This document shows, piece by piece, positions 30,418 through 40,263 of a stretch of 64,000 nt of DNA; the stretch's first letter is position 1; the number at the start of each line of letters is the position of its first letter. The notes under the pieces are model-generated. The model had not been told where the DNA came from and did not search any database. It saw only the letters and a program-made list of their open reading frames with translations. The stretch covers positions 2,144,001-2,208,000 of the forward strand of contig CAXXOA010000001.1 in the NCBI GenBank assembly GCA_963666275.2, in the 5' to 3' direction. This stretch comes from Oceanispirochaeta sp. (lineage in GTDB: Bacteria; Spirochaetota; Spirochaetia; DSM-2461). The position numbers were made by a program, and so were the translations under genes.

Positions 30418-30451
30418 AGGGATTCCCTGATTTCAGAGGAATCCCTTTTTT
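30418..30451 (+). terminator. Rho-independent terminator
   Basis: AGGGATTCC/GGAATCCCT stem followed by a T tract. Confidence 0.8.
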
Positions 30452-30579
30452 ATGGCTTCCGCCGCTTTAAAAAAAACAACCATCCACAATATTGATCTTT
30501 TCTTCATTTTATTACCTGTTTCTATTGACCTTAACTGTGAATTGCGGTTTTGTAATAGACAGGAGGTTTCAACACCATA

Positions 30580-31485
30580 ATGAAACGAATACTAACTATT
30601 GCTCTATTTACAACACTCGTGCTTTCCCTGAACTACGGTGAAGACTACAAAGCTCAGATAGCTCAGAAAAGTGATGCGGCCTGGGAAGATCTTATGAAGA
30701 ACAGCCGTGATGGTTTTCTGATCGATCCTCCCTTGAATGCCAGTACAATCAATGCCAATTTCGGTCAGTACAAAGATGCCCTTATGCTCTTCCCCGAATT
30801 CAGTTTTGACGATTTTGTCACAGACCGGCGTCAGGGAGACAAATACTATTATAGTTTTGACGCCAATGACGGCCTTTTCGTTATCAAATATGATAACAGA
30901 ATTACCGATATGCTCAGAGAGTACTCCTATGCCATGGGCCCTGTTGGGAATGACAACTGGGAACTCCTGGGGCAGATCAAGGAAGCCTATGACTGGTGGG
31001 GTGATGTGGTTCTGATGGAAATTAAAGCTGTCAGAGTCAAAGGTAAAGCCTCTGTGATACGAGATGGAGAAGATCTTGAATTTCCGGCAAAAGATCTTAT
31101 TGATGCTTTTATGGATGAAAAAGCTTCTGCCGGGGCGGGAGATATTCCCCTGAATCTGACGAGTATACCGGCCGGCCTGGATCCGCGAACCGTTGCGGAA
31201 CTGTATTTTCAGATTGCCAGTAAGGAACACAACAAAGACGTATGGATCGAACTGCTCAGTTCCTACAACTTCTACAGGGGCAAACCGGAAAGACGGGTAG
31301 ACTCCTGGTGGAGCAATCTGAATAAAGAGGGACGGACCTTCTTCTATGTCCGCACCGCTACGGATGAGGAAACGACAAAAAAATACTTCTACCAGATACG
31401 GGAAAACGGCAATGATGTGGGATCTCCCAAACCTTTAACCCTGGTTCTGGAAGACAATGAATGGAAGGTAAAATCGGGAATCTGA
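30580..31485 (+). CDS. Secreted hypothetical protein
   Basis: RBS AGGAGG, signal peptide, 301 aa; C-terminal LVLEDNEWKV resembles an NTF2-like fold end. Confidence 0.7.
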   Translation: MKRILTIALFTTLVLSLNYGEDYKAQIAQKSDAAWEDLMKNSRDGFLIDPPLNASTINANFGQYKDALMLFPEFSFDDFVTDRRQGDKYYYSFDANDGLFVIKYDNRITDMLREYSYAMGPVGNDNWELLGQIKEAYDWWGDVVLMEIKAVRVKGKASVIRDGEDLEFPAKDLIDAFMDEKASAGAGDIPLNLTSIPAGLDPRTVAELYFQIASKEHNKDVWIELLSSYNFYRGKPERRVDSWWSNLNKEGRTFFYVRTATDEETTKKYFYQIRENGNDVGSPKPLTLVLEDNEWKVKSGI

Positions 31486-31514
31486 TTTTACCAGGTTCCT
31501 TCACTATGGAATAT

Positions 31515-31553
31515 AAGGCTGTCCCCGGATTCACAGGGGGGACAGCCTTTTTT
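31515..31553. terminator. Terminator between convergent genes
   Basis: AAGGCTGTCCCC/GGGGACAGCCTT stem followed by a T tract. Confidence 0.8.
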
Positions 31554-31557
31554 CTTT

Positions 31558-33657
31558 TTAAAGAGTGAAGCTGTTCTTTTTTTTCTCTACCATGAAAAAC
31601 TTCCCAAAACCCATACCCACCAGTAATAGGGGAAGGAACAGGATAAAGAGATCAAACCAGTACCATTCAATGTGATCGTAGGTTCTATAGGTATCCAGAG
31701 TGATTTCCACATTACCCGCTCCTTCAGGATATTCAAGGCGGGAAATAATTCCTTCAACCTCAATTTCCTGATAGGGCTGTTTCAGGAAGGAGTTGAAATC
31801 TTTCAGAATACCATAGGCATCCAGACTCTCATTGATAAGAAACTGATCTCCCCCTGAAAATAGAGAGGGCATGATATTGTATTTTTCAAGATCTCCCGAC
31901 GAAATACTATAATCCTGAATCTCCAAACTCCCGGCCCGAATAAGGATTCCGCTCCTCCGGGTAAAAGCCTTCTGCTGCTTTTCCTCTATCTGCCGGTTGA
32001 TCAGGTGTTCCTGTTCTTTCAGGAACTGAAGCGGAGCCTCTGAGACATAACCCAGAAACTGATCTATGCTCATATCCTCTTCCGTATACCCCTGCTGACG
32101 GGCTCTGGTTTCCAGAAGACTTCCTTCCGGATAGGGAATTCTATCCAGAGAGTCCTGATTCTCCGCCCAGGAGAGAAGATCCGCAATCTCTTTTAAGAAT
32201 CTGAATCCCTCGCTGTCTTTAAAATACTCTGTAAAATAACTCAGATCATTTTCGCTTTCCATCAGCACCAGAGCCTGAGAGAGAAAATCATAGGACTGGG
32301 TATAGTCACTGAGCTGATAGGACACCATATTGGCAAAGTCGTAGGTATTCTGAACCTTTTCAATCTGGTTGATCCTCTCTATAAGTTCATCAATGTTCTG
32401 CCCCCTGGCTTTGACAGGGTCAATAATTTCAATGGTTCCGTAGCTGTCTGTGCTGTTAATACCATGAACACGGGAAATATGGATATACTGTCCCCTTTTA
32501 AGCTCCTGCTGCTCCAGATCCTCCAGAGATGAAAACTGAGAGGGCATATCTCTTGTTCCATAATACTGGGAAAGGGAAAGGATTTTCTCAGCATGATGCT
32601 GGGCAAAGAAGAAGATGGCACAAACCGCAAAAGCCAGGATTCCCGAGAGAATAAACCGGTCCATCCGGACTGTGGGATTCTTCTGCTCCTCCCGTTTTAT
32701 AGAGTACCCGGGAGTCATGGATAGGACTTTCAGGCTGTAGATCCCCTGATTCTCCTGATAGGCTTCCAGCTGTACCAGATCCCCCGGATTCAGGGAGTTC
32801 TCCCATCCGGAGGGGAAATTCAGATCAAAACGGTCTATCTTGAAAGCCCCCTTCTCTCCCTGGAGCGTGCCCTGAATCCGGATCAGGTTTTTCACCTTTC
32901 CGGCCTGCCTCCAGGGATAACGGGACGGGAGGATAAGAAACAGGAACAGCAGAACAGCCCCGGCCATGGAAAGAAGGGATCCCCCCAAAAACGGGATTGC
33001 CAGAGACACAAGGATTAAGGCCATGAACAGCAGATTCCCTATCCAGCGGAAATCCCTGAACAGCCAGTTCAACTCCTCCTCTGTGACCATACGGCCTGAA
33101 TGGAATTCAAAAGCCTCTTTTCGCCTGGATTCTCCGGAAGGAAGATCATCTCCCGGCGCATTGTCTTCACTGGAGGGGGATGATTTCTCCCTTTTGGCTG
33201 TATAGGATTTCCCCTCTTTCAGAGCCTTCTGAATAGACGCTTCCTCACAAACATCATAGCCGTTCAGGGAAACCACGATAGCGCCTTTTTTTCTCTCGGG
33301 CAGAATGATTTCCGCCTGATTGACCTCTTTAATAAAATCCTTGAGACGGGGATCCCAATGTATGACCACATCACCGATTGTTGCGACTGTATCTGTCCGG
33401 GAATTGTTGATTTGCAGCTCAATGGTAGAGAAAGGGCCAGTAAGTTCATACACTTTCATCCTGGAAGCAAGGGATTCTTTGTAGAGCGACTCAACAGCTT
33501 TTTTCTGCTCCGATGTCAGCGTTTTTACCGATGTCAGCCCCTGAATGACGGATCGGGAGGTCCGGGTTTTACTTGTTTTTTTCCTGTAAAAGCTGATCAT
33601 ATTGACCAGGAATATGACAAACATAATAATATATAGTACCAAACGGATTTCGTTCAC
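31558..33657 (-). CDS. IgaA/UmoB-like inner-membrane protein
   Basis: About 700 aa with IgaA-like topology (TM, cytoplasmic domain, 2 TM, cytoplasmic domain, TM, large periplasmic domain, TM). Motifs LTSEQKKAVE, VVSLNG, DLNFPSGW and SIKREEQKNP resemble IgaA as I recall it. Confidence 0.6.
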   Translation of the reverse strand: MNEIRLVLYIIMFVIFLVNMISFYRKKTSKTRTSRSVIQGLTSVKTLTSEQKKAVESLYKESLASRMKVYELTGPFSTIELQINNSRTDTVATIGDVVIHWDPRLKDFIKEVNQAEIILPERKKGAIVVSLNGYDVCEEASIQKALKEGKSYTAKREKSSPSSEDNAPGDDLPSGESRRKEAFEFHSGRMVTEEELNWLFRDFRWIGNLLFMALILVSLAIPFLGGSLLSMAGAVLLFLFLILPSRYPWRQAGKVKNLIRIQGTLQGEKGAFKIDRFDLNFPSGWENSLNPGDLVQLEAYQENQGIYSLKVLSMTPGYSIKREEQKNPTVRMDRFILSGILAFAVCAIFFFAQHHAEKILSLSQYYGTRDMPSQFSSLEDLEQQELKRGQYIHISRVHGINSTDSYGTIEIIDPVKARGQNIDELIERINQIEKVQNTYDFANMVSYQLSDYTQSYDFLSQALVLMESENDLSYFTEYFKDSEGFRFLKEIADLLSWAENQDSLDRIPYPEGSLLETRARQQGYTEEDMSIDQFLGYVSEAPLQFLKEQEHLINRQIEEKQQKAFTRRSGILIRAGSLEIQDYSISSGDLEKYNIMPSLFSGGDQFLINESLDAYGILKDFNSFLKQPYQEIEVEGIISRLEYPEGAGNVEITLDTYRTYDHIEWYWFDLFILFLPLLLVGMGFGKFFMVEKKKNSFTL

Positions 33658-33909
33658 GCAAAACTCCTGTTTTTTTATGTTGAATCCCTAGGATACTGAA
33701 AAACAATATTTAAACAACCATTTCTTATTATTTCTTTTCTGTTTTGTTTATTCCCCTCCAGTCTCTGCCTTTTTCCTATTCTGTTTCGCTCTCATTTCTC
33801 AGAGTTTTTAAAGTATGGAGCATTTTCCTTTTTCTGATAATACGGCCTGATATGAGCTTTAATGATCAATAAACTGGGGCGATTCAGATGTACTGGCATC
33901 CCTCTTAAT

Positions 33910-33944
33910 AAAAAAAAGCTGCCCCGAATGTATTCCGGTGCAGC
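33910..33944 (-). terminator. Terminator for the flavoprotein gene
   Basis: GCTGC...GCAGC hairpin preceded by an A tract on the + strand. Confidence 0.6.
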
Positions 33945-33981
33945 CAGACTTTATGACCTGTATATTATGATATTTTTTTTC

Positions 33982-35541
33982 TTATTTTCCCAGATAGAGC
34001 GCAGCATCTTCTGCAGCAAAGCGTCCGGAGTTTACCGCCCATCCCTGGCAGGATCCGGCGCTGATAACAACATCGTAGGAGTCTCCGTAAATACCGTTTC
34101 CGTCGGTACCAGCGGCATAAAGACCGGGAATCGGAGTGCCTTCTTTGCTGATGACCTGGGCTTTTTCATTGATTTTCAGACCGCCTACGGTGGTGAAATA
34201 CCCCAGGGCCAGATCAAAGGCATACCAGGGGCCTGACTCCATGGGTCTCAGGAACTCGGCGGATTTGCCGAAGCTTCTGTCTACCCCTTCTTCACAGAAC
34301 GCATTGTATGTGGCCATAGTTTCTTTCAGTGTTTCCGGATCAATGCTGATCTGTGAAGCCAGCTGATCCAGGTCATCGGCAATCTGAATCCCCTCATTGC
34401 CGTTTGCAAGCTGCTGGTCAATCAGATCGTAGAGATCCGTCAGCTTAGCCCCCGGCAGGGTATAGGCACCGGCCCCGGCAATACAGCCCTCTTCGACAAA
34501 ATAGTCCAGGCTGGCCTTATCCAGAATGCTGTAAACTTTCTCCTGGGTGCTCATGGCATTGCCGAAGAAGGAGAAATTCTGGCCTGCAATGCTCTCATCG
34601 GCAAAACGGATCCCCTCCTGATTTACTGTCACCATGGTGGGCTGGAAGGAAGAAGCCGCAAACAGATGATTTCCGAAGGGAACGCCTCTGAGGTTTCCTC
34701 CGTAGAACATGGCTGTTCCCAGATAGTAAGTGTCCGCTCCGGCGCCAATACCCATATGGATACCATCTCCGGTTCTGCCGGGAACTCCCATCTGCATGGA
34801 GTAGTCCGAAGAAATCCCGACAAGTTCTTCCATCATCTCAGGGTTATCCGAGTAGCCCCCCGTAGCCAGGATCACAACGGGTGCTTCTATGGCAACAGAT
34901 TCACCTTCGCTATTCCGGGCAATCAGTCCTTTTACTCTGCCCTCTTCCATGACCAGCTCTTCTCCCGGAGTTTCGAGTATAAGGTTTACTCCCGCTTCCA
35001 GAGCCGCTTCGTGCATGGTATGAATGTATCCTTCTCCCAGTCCATCAAAGATATGCCAGGTTTTTACAGAATCCCCCATGCTTATAACACCCATGAACTT
35101 CACTCCCAGCTCTTCAAGCCAACTGATGGAAGCTGCGGATTCATCGAAAAAACGCTTTAATATTTTACTGTCTGAAAGCCAGTGATTGTACTCCTGTACC
35201 CGGCGGAACAGATCGACTTTATCGATTTCTATACCAGCTTCTTTCTGAAAATGGGAATCCACGGCAAACATCCCTTCCGCCATCAGAGTGGTGCCTCCCA
35301 CAAAAGAGTTCTTTTCCAGCAGGATCACATCCATACCCAGCTGGGCTGCTTTGATAGAGGCGGAAAGTCCGGCTCCCCCTGCTCCGACGACCACAACATC
35401 GGCCGTAAAATCCGGTTTTCCCAGGGTTACAGCGCTTTTAGATGGGACTGTGCTCTCTTCGTTTCCGCAGGAAACAAAAAGGAATGCTGCTGTCAGTGAT
35501 ACCAGAGCCACAGCGACGGCTTTACGCCAACATACTTTCAT
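33982..35541 (-). CDS. Lipoprotein FAD-dependent oxidoreductase (FAD_binding_2; flavocytochrome c/fumarate-reductase flavin subunit-like)
   Basis: Lipobox FVSC; DVVVVGAGGAG, LATGGY, TGDG, TTVGGL and GLYAAG motifs. ATG 35541 follows a GGGAG RBS. Confidence 0.88.
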   Translation of the reverse strand: MKVCWRKAVAVALVSLTAAFLFVSCGNEESTVPSKSAVTLGKPDFTADVVVVGAGGAGLSASIKAAQLGMDVILLEKNSFVGGTTLMAEGMFAVDSHFQKEAGIEIDKVDLFRRVQEYNHWLSDSKILKRFFDESAASISWLEELGVKFMGVISMGDSVKTWHIFDGLGEGYIHTMHEAALEAGVNLILETPGEELVMEEGRVKGLIARNSEGESVAIEAPVVILATGGYSDNPEMMEELVGISSDYSMQMGVPGRTGDGIHMGIGAGADTYYLGTAMFYGGNLRGVPFGNHLFAASSFQPTMVTVNQEGIRFADESIAGQNFSFFGNAMSTQEKVYSILDKASLDYFVEEGCIAGAGAYTLPGAKLTDLYDLIDQQLANGNEGIQIADDLDQLASQISIDPETLKETMATYNAFCEEGVDRSFGKSAEFLRPMESGPWYAFDLALGYFTTVGGLKINEKAQVISKEGTPIPGLYAAGTDGNGIYGDSYDVVISAGSCQGWAVNSGRFAAEDAALYLGK

Positions 35542-35561
35542 AACGAATTCTCCCTTTAATC

Positions 35562-35714
35562 GATACATATTTATCAATAAAAATTAATCTGGTTATAGGT
35601 ATAGCAGATACCATTCTGATTGGAAAATTAATAATTCCGCTCAGATTCATCGATTTTTCCGATTATTTATTTGACGGAACAGGTATTTCCCTCTAATATA
35701 GATACATATTTATC
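35562..35714. promoter_or_regulatory. Divergent promoter region with repeated operator-like sites and lysR promoter
   Basis: Identical GATACATATTTATC at 35562-35575 and 35701-35714; LysR-type ATCG-N7-CGAT (T-N11-A) at 35649-35663; TTGACG-N17-TAATAT at 35671-35699. Confidence 0.6.
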
Positions 35715-35734
35715 GATTAATGGGGAAATAATAA

Positions 35735-36640
35735 TTGGATATCCACCGTATGAAATGCTTTCTCCGTCTGGCAGAGGAGCTCCATTTTTCACGGGCAGCG
35801 GAAAAACAGTGTATGGCCCAGTCTACAATGAGCCAGCAGATCCATAATCTGGAAGAGGAAATGGATACAAAACTGTTTATCCGGAACAACAGGAATGTGC
35901 AGCTGACTCCGGCAGGACAATACCTGCAGAAAGAGTTTAAAAGGCTTCTGGACAGTTATGAAGCGGTTAAAATGGAAACCCGTCGAATCGGTGGATACGG
36001 AAGCAACAAGCTGTGTGTGGGCTATCACGGCCCTTTCAACTGGATGTTACTGACCTCTATCTTCCTAACCTTCAAAGCGTCCCATCCCGAGATTATCTTC
36101 TCTCTGATGATGGAAAACTGGGGAGAGATTCCCGGTAAGATCATGACAAAAGAGATTGATCTGGGTTTTGTGGAAACATCGGAAATTGATCCGGACAATC
36201 CCCATATGGAAAGCTCCTTTCTGGCCCGAGACTATATCTGTTTTGCCATGCACAAATCCCACCCTCTGGCGGATCGGAAAATTCTCAAAAAAGAAGATAT
36301 AAGAAAAGAAACACTGGCTATGGTAGACCTTTCCATCGGCCGCCGCAGTATAGGGATGATACATCAGAGGCTGATCAAAGCGGGAATAGATGTACTGAAA
36401 GGGCATCTTATGAAGAATTTTGAAAGTATCATGGCTATGGTTTCCACGGGAATGGCAATTTCTCCCATGCCCCGTTCGTTCAGTCAGGCAGGTCAAAGCG
36501 ATATTATTTTCATCGATTATGACAGCCCGGACGCTTATGTAGATATTTCTATTGCCTGGCTGAAAGAAAATACAAGTGAAGCCCTTCTGACCTTTGTGGA
36601 CCATCTAAAAAACACGGTGATTCAGAAAGAAGAGAACTGA
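35735..36640 (+). CDS. LysR family transcriptional regulator
   Basis: LHFSRAAEK..AQSTMSQQIHNLEEE..LFIRNNRNVQLTPAG HTH; divergent from the flavoprotein gene. Confidence 0.95.
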   Translation: MDIHRMKCFLRLAEELHFSRAAEKQCMAQSTMSQQIHNLEEEMDTKLFIRNNRNVQLTPAGQYLQKEFKRLLDSYEAVKMETRRIGGYGSNKLCVGYHGPFNWMLLTSIFLTFKASHPEIIFSLMMENWGEIPGKIMTKEIDLGFVETSEIDPDNPHMESSFLARDYICFAMHKSHPLADRKILKKEDIRKETLAMVDLSIGRRSIGMIHQRLIKAGIDVLKGHLMKNFESIMAMVSTGMAISPMPRSFSQAGQSDIIFIDYDSPDAYVDISIAWLKENTSEALLTFVDHLKNTVIQKEEN

Positions 36641-36874
36641 GAAACCTGATAGGAATCTCTCTTTAATGTTCTTTTCCTGTAACAAATATTCATACACAGT
36701 TTCATTGATTTTTTTGCTGAAACCGTCAAAAAAACGTTTGTCTGTCTAAAAGGACCGTGGTAAAATCAATAAAATCAATAATTTATTCATTATTCAGCCC
36801 GAAAAAGTTTACTCCCGTAGATTTAATGACAGATGATAAAATTTATGACAAAAAGTTTTTCAGAGGCATAAAAA

Positions 36875-37384
36875 ATGAAAGCAGAGCACATTAATCCTTT
36901 TCTGGGTTCCACACTGAATATTTTTGAAAGTATGCTGGGAGAACAGCCCGATGTAGGACAGAAATCCCTTATAAAGAATTTTTCCAGTCACCGGTGGGAT
37001 ATCTCCGGGATCATTGGGATCACAGGGACTGCCGAAGGGGTCGTAGCCATCAGGCTCACAGAGAATCTTGTTCAGAAAACTCTGGAAAAATCCGAGATCA
37101 TCTGGAATACTCCGGAGGAAAAAGAACAGATCATAACAGGAATGGTCGGAGAAATTGTCAATATGATCGCCGGCAATGCTCTGGGAGAGATTACCCGCTT
37201 TGATCTGGATATCACCGTTCCCTTTGTTGTTCAGGGGACCAATCACAGCATCGGATGGCCCCGGAATAACCCGATCATTGCCATACCTTTCATTACCCCC
37301 TGGGGTCCATTTGAAGTGAATGTGAGCATGAAGGAAAATTTCTACCATTCCCTGCAGACACTTCCTACCATGGCAGCCAACTGA
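36875..37384 (+). CDS. cheX: Chemotaxis phosphatase CheX
   Basis: INPFLGST, DISGIIGITG, GEIVNMIAGN (ExxN) and ITVPFVVQG motifs. Confidence 0.85.
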   Translation: MKAEHINPFLGSTLNIFESMLGEQPDVGQKSLIKNFSSHRWDISGIIGITGTAEGVVAIRLTENLVQKTLEKSEIIWNTPEEKEQIITGMVGEIVNMIAGNALGEITRFDLDITVPFVVQGTNHSIGWPRNNPIIAIPFITPWGPFEVNVSMKENFYHSLQTLPTMAAN

Positions 37385-37469
37385 AAAGGCACTCTCATTG
37401 CCTTTCCTGCCTGCTTTTTCTGCCGCCCATCTTCTGCTCATCAGATAGGAAACGCTTTTAAAGGGACTG

Positions 37470-37494
37470 AAAAAAACCGGCTATTCAGCCGGTT
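37470..37494 (-). terminator. Terminator for 37517-38746
   Basis: AACCGGCT/AGCCGGTT stem with an A7 tract on the + strand. Confidence 0.7.
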
Positions 37495-37516
37495 CAGATT
37501 TCAATTACCCCTTTTT

Positions 37517-38746
37517 CTAATCTCTGTATAGGGCATCGACGATTTCTTCCGCTATAATACCAAAGAGCTTTTCTTCCGCTTTTTCCGCTTTTTCATCGGC
37601 AGAAGCAAAACTCAGCAATGGGATATTCTCTTTTTTCTTCACATAGGAATCTCCCGCAAAACTGCTGTTTTTCACATCAAAAAGACGCCCATGAACAGTC
37701 ATATAGATTCCGTTTTTACCCAGTCTTCCCGGACTTCTGGTATCGTAGGTACAGCCCATTATATGATAGAGAATATAGAGATAGTCCAGATCCATCTTTT
37801 CGGCCAGTTCTAAAGCCGTCTTATCAAAGTCTTCGTTGTAATCTTCTGTAAAAGAGACACCGGTAAAAGTTCCCTCTGTTTTAAAGTTGTCTTCATAAAT
37901 CACAGAGGGATAGGGAGTCAGAGTGTTCATAAGTTCCTTCTGGGAATAAATATCCGCCTTATACTCCGACTGGGCATAGGAGTCCATTTTGTTCACAATA
38001 TTCCAGGTGGCATAGTTATCATCCACCGAGAGAAAGGCAATGCGGGCATCAGCCGGTATCCCCTGGAAGTCCTCATCCTCAGGGACAAAATACTGTTTTG
38101 TTTTTCCTTTGAACTTATACCCCGTGGTTGTAATGGGAAAGGGCTCTTCCATCAGTTCCATAGTTTCCATGGAGGCGCTGATGTCCATGGGTTTCACCGA
38201 TTGTCCCTGCCCGTCCATAAGCCAGCCTTCTGTAAGAACTTCTATCCCGTCAATCTGATCATTAATCAGGGCTACCCTGTCATAATTGCCATAAGGATTT
38301 TCTTCATACGTGAGAACCATATCCCCCAGATAGGCAAAATCAGAATTGATAAGATCCAGTTCTGATTCCGTGGCATAGACATTAATGGCGGCAAGTTGAA
38401 TCCCAAGGGCATCTATCGGCTTTTCCTGTATAAAATAGCTGATCCCTTTAACTTCATAACGCCCCCGGGGAAGTGATTTGTAAAAGACTTCGTTTTGCTG
38501 AATTTCAAGGTATTCAATAACTTCCTCTCCATTTTCCAATTCCTTTGATAGAATCAGTGCCGCGGCCCTGTATTTTTCCGGAGGGATATTTTTTTCGGGT
38601 ATATTGATAGAGACTTTACCTGTGATATAGACGATTTCATCCGAAACCTGCTGGCCCGGAGCCAGATTTTCCGTATTCATGGACATACAGCCTGTGAGAT
38701 TAAAAAAGAGAAGAGAGAGAGTTAGAGCATAAACCTTTTTTTTCAT
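37517..38746 (-). CDS. Hypothetical lipoprotein
   Basis: Lipobox LTGC, GGAGG RBS, 409 aa. Confidence 0.75.
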   Translation of the reverse strand: MKKKVYALTLSLLFFNLTGCMSMNTENLAPGQQVSDEIVYITGKVSINIPEKNIPPEKYRAAALILSKELENGEEVIEYLEIQQNEVFYKSLPRGRYEVKGISYFIQEKPIDALGIQLAAINVYATESELDLINSDFAYLGDMVLTYEENPYGNYDRVALINDQIDGIEVLTEGWLMDGQGQSVKPMDISASMETMELMEEPFPITTTGYKFKGKTKQYFVPEDEDFQGIPADARIAFLSVDDNYATWNIVNKMDSYAQSEYKADIYSQKELMNTLTPYPSVIYEDNFKTEGTFTGVSFTEDYNEDFDKTALELAEKMDLDYLYILYHIMGCTYDTRSPGRLGKNGIYMTVHGRLFDVKNSSFAGDSYVKKKENIPLLSFASADEKAEKAEEKLFGIIAEEIVDALYRD

Positions 38747-38895
38747 AAATCCTCCAATAATTGTTTACATTTACGAGGTTTTATAATATACACATGTTTA
38801 TATTATTACAATAATGTGAACAAAATTTTATTTTTTATTTGTGCTGAAAACTAATCTAGCTCGTGGTACAGTTTAAAGGTATGGGGTCAAGGTCA

Positions 38896-39545
38896 CCCCT
38901 GCCCTAAGGCCATCTTATCCGCCTCATAATTGGCATTAATCCGATCCATCCGGTTCATCTGCCCTGGCATCTCTTGCCTGCCGACTTGAGGCGGCGCAAA
39001 ACTCTGCCCACCGGCAGGCTGCCCCATAAAAGGAGACGCCCCGGAAGCAGCCCCCCGGCTCATTCCTCCCGGATGGGACAAAGTATCAGGGTTCCAGACA
39101 GAACCAGCCTGATTCTGCCTGACAGCTTTCACCGCGGCCGGTTTCCCATTGCGAAATGAAACCGTATTTCCTTGCCCTGAGAGTCCCTGAGTGTTTGGCT
39201 TGCGCAATGTCAGCCGGGAGGGAGGGGGAAATCCTTTCCCTGAAAGAGAATTACCTTTTACGGCTGTTGCAGTTTTCTCAACGAGTGTTTTTCCGGAGGG
39301 ACTTGAACTTGTGGAACCGGAAGAAATTGAAGCTTCAGGAAATACCAGATTCTCCACCCGGGATCCTGCGGCCTGAGGTTTCAATGCCTGAACACTATTC
39401 CTGGAAGGATTGATCCTGTACCCCAGGTTGCGGTAACCCTGACCGCCGAAGGAAGCGGTTGCCAAAGGGATCCGTTTGCTAACCCGGGGAATTCTGCTTA
39501 TTGGCGCTGCCTTTGGTGACGTCATACCGGGCAACGCCCTCCATT
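38896..39545 (-). repeat. Copy 4 (longest, about 650 bp) of the 3' region of the tape-measure-position gene; no cassette follows
   Basis: Matches 48276-48910 (plus a short match to about 48993-49002). ORF 38893-39549 reproduces AAPISRIPRVSKRIP...ANYEADKMALGQG and then stops. Confidence 0.92.
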
Positions 39546-39650
39546 CCACCTACTTACTCTATAGCTTTTGCTATCAGCGGTTGCTTCATAAGATCCAATT
39601 TACCTGCAAACCATTAGGGTTGTCTGGTACAATGCCTTTCTTATGATCAA

Positions 39651-39731
39651 CTATTCTTTCAAATCCAGAAATGCTCCGTACATCCAGCCTTTGATATAGC
39701 TTTCTTTCAATACGATTTTAAAGCAATTCAT
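39651..39731 (-). pseudogene. Possible C-terminal remnant of an SH3b-like gene
   Basis: Translates MNCFKIVLKESYIKGWMYGAFLDLKE*, resembling the GW-x-GAFL end of bacterial SH3 domains. Confidence 0.35.
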
Positions 39732-39736
39732 AATTT

Positions 39737-40252
39737 CTAATCGTTATAGACAATCAGTTCTCGATCTGTCACATCAATAATTGATTCACTATCAGCATCA
39801 AAATAGTAAACAAGTCTGTAAGTGTCTATTGTTTCTTTTCTGAAAGGGGTATCCTCTGAAGTTATTACAGAAAGAAAATCAACGTGCATATCTTTAATAA
39901 ATCCTGACTGATTCCTTAAGTATTCATTTTCAAACATGGAAATAATTTTTATATCAACAAGACTCTCAACTCCATTATCAAGATGTCTGGTCATTACTAA
40001 AATAGAGCATTTTTTATAAACCCTACGATACCCTGAAAGGTCACTTTTTACATCTCCAACCGTAAAAGATCCAAAATCATTCAGAAAATTAGTGAAATCA
40101 CCAGAGATTTCCAAGCCGATAAGGGAAGTGAGACCTAATGTTTCTCCACTTTCTATAATCGACTTAAGCTTTAATTCCAAGTCCTCTACTGTCAAACTGA
40201 ACAGAAAATGGGTTATTAATAAGAACAGGGTAATAAAAGATATTTTTTTCAT
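39737..40252 (-). CDS. Exported putative immunity protein (cassette 3)
   Basis: Signal peptide MKKISFITLFLLITHFLFS; directly downstream of the M23 effector; AT-rich. Confidence 0.65.
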   Translation of the reverse strand: MKKISFITLFLLITHFLFSLTVEDLELKLKSIIESGETLGLTSLIGLEISGDFTNFLNDFGSFTVGDVKSDLSGYRRVYKKCSILVMTRHLDNGVESLVDIKIISMFENEYLRNQSGFIKDMHVDFLSVITSEDTPFRKETIDTYRLVYYFDADSESIIDVTDRELIVYND

Positions 40253-40263
40253 TTATACTCCTC

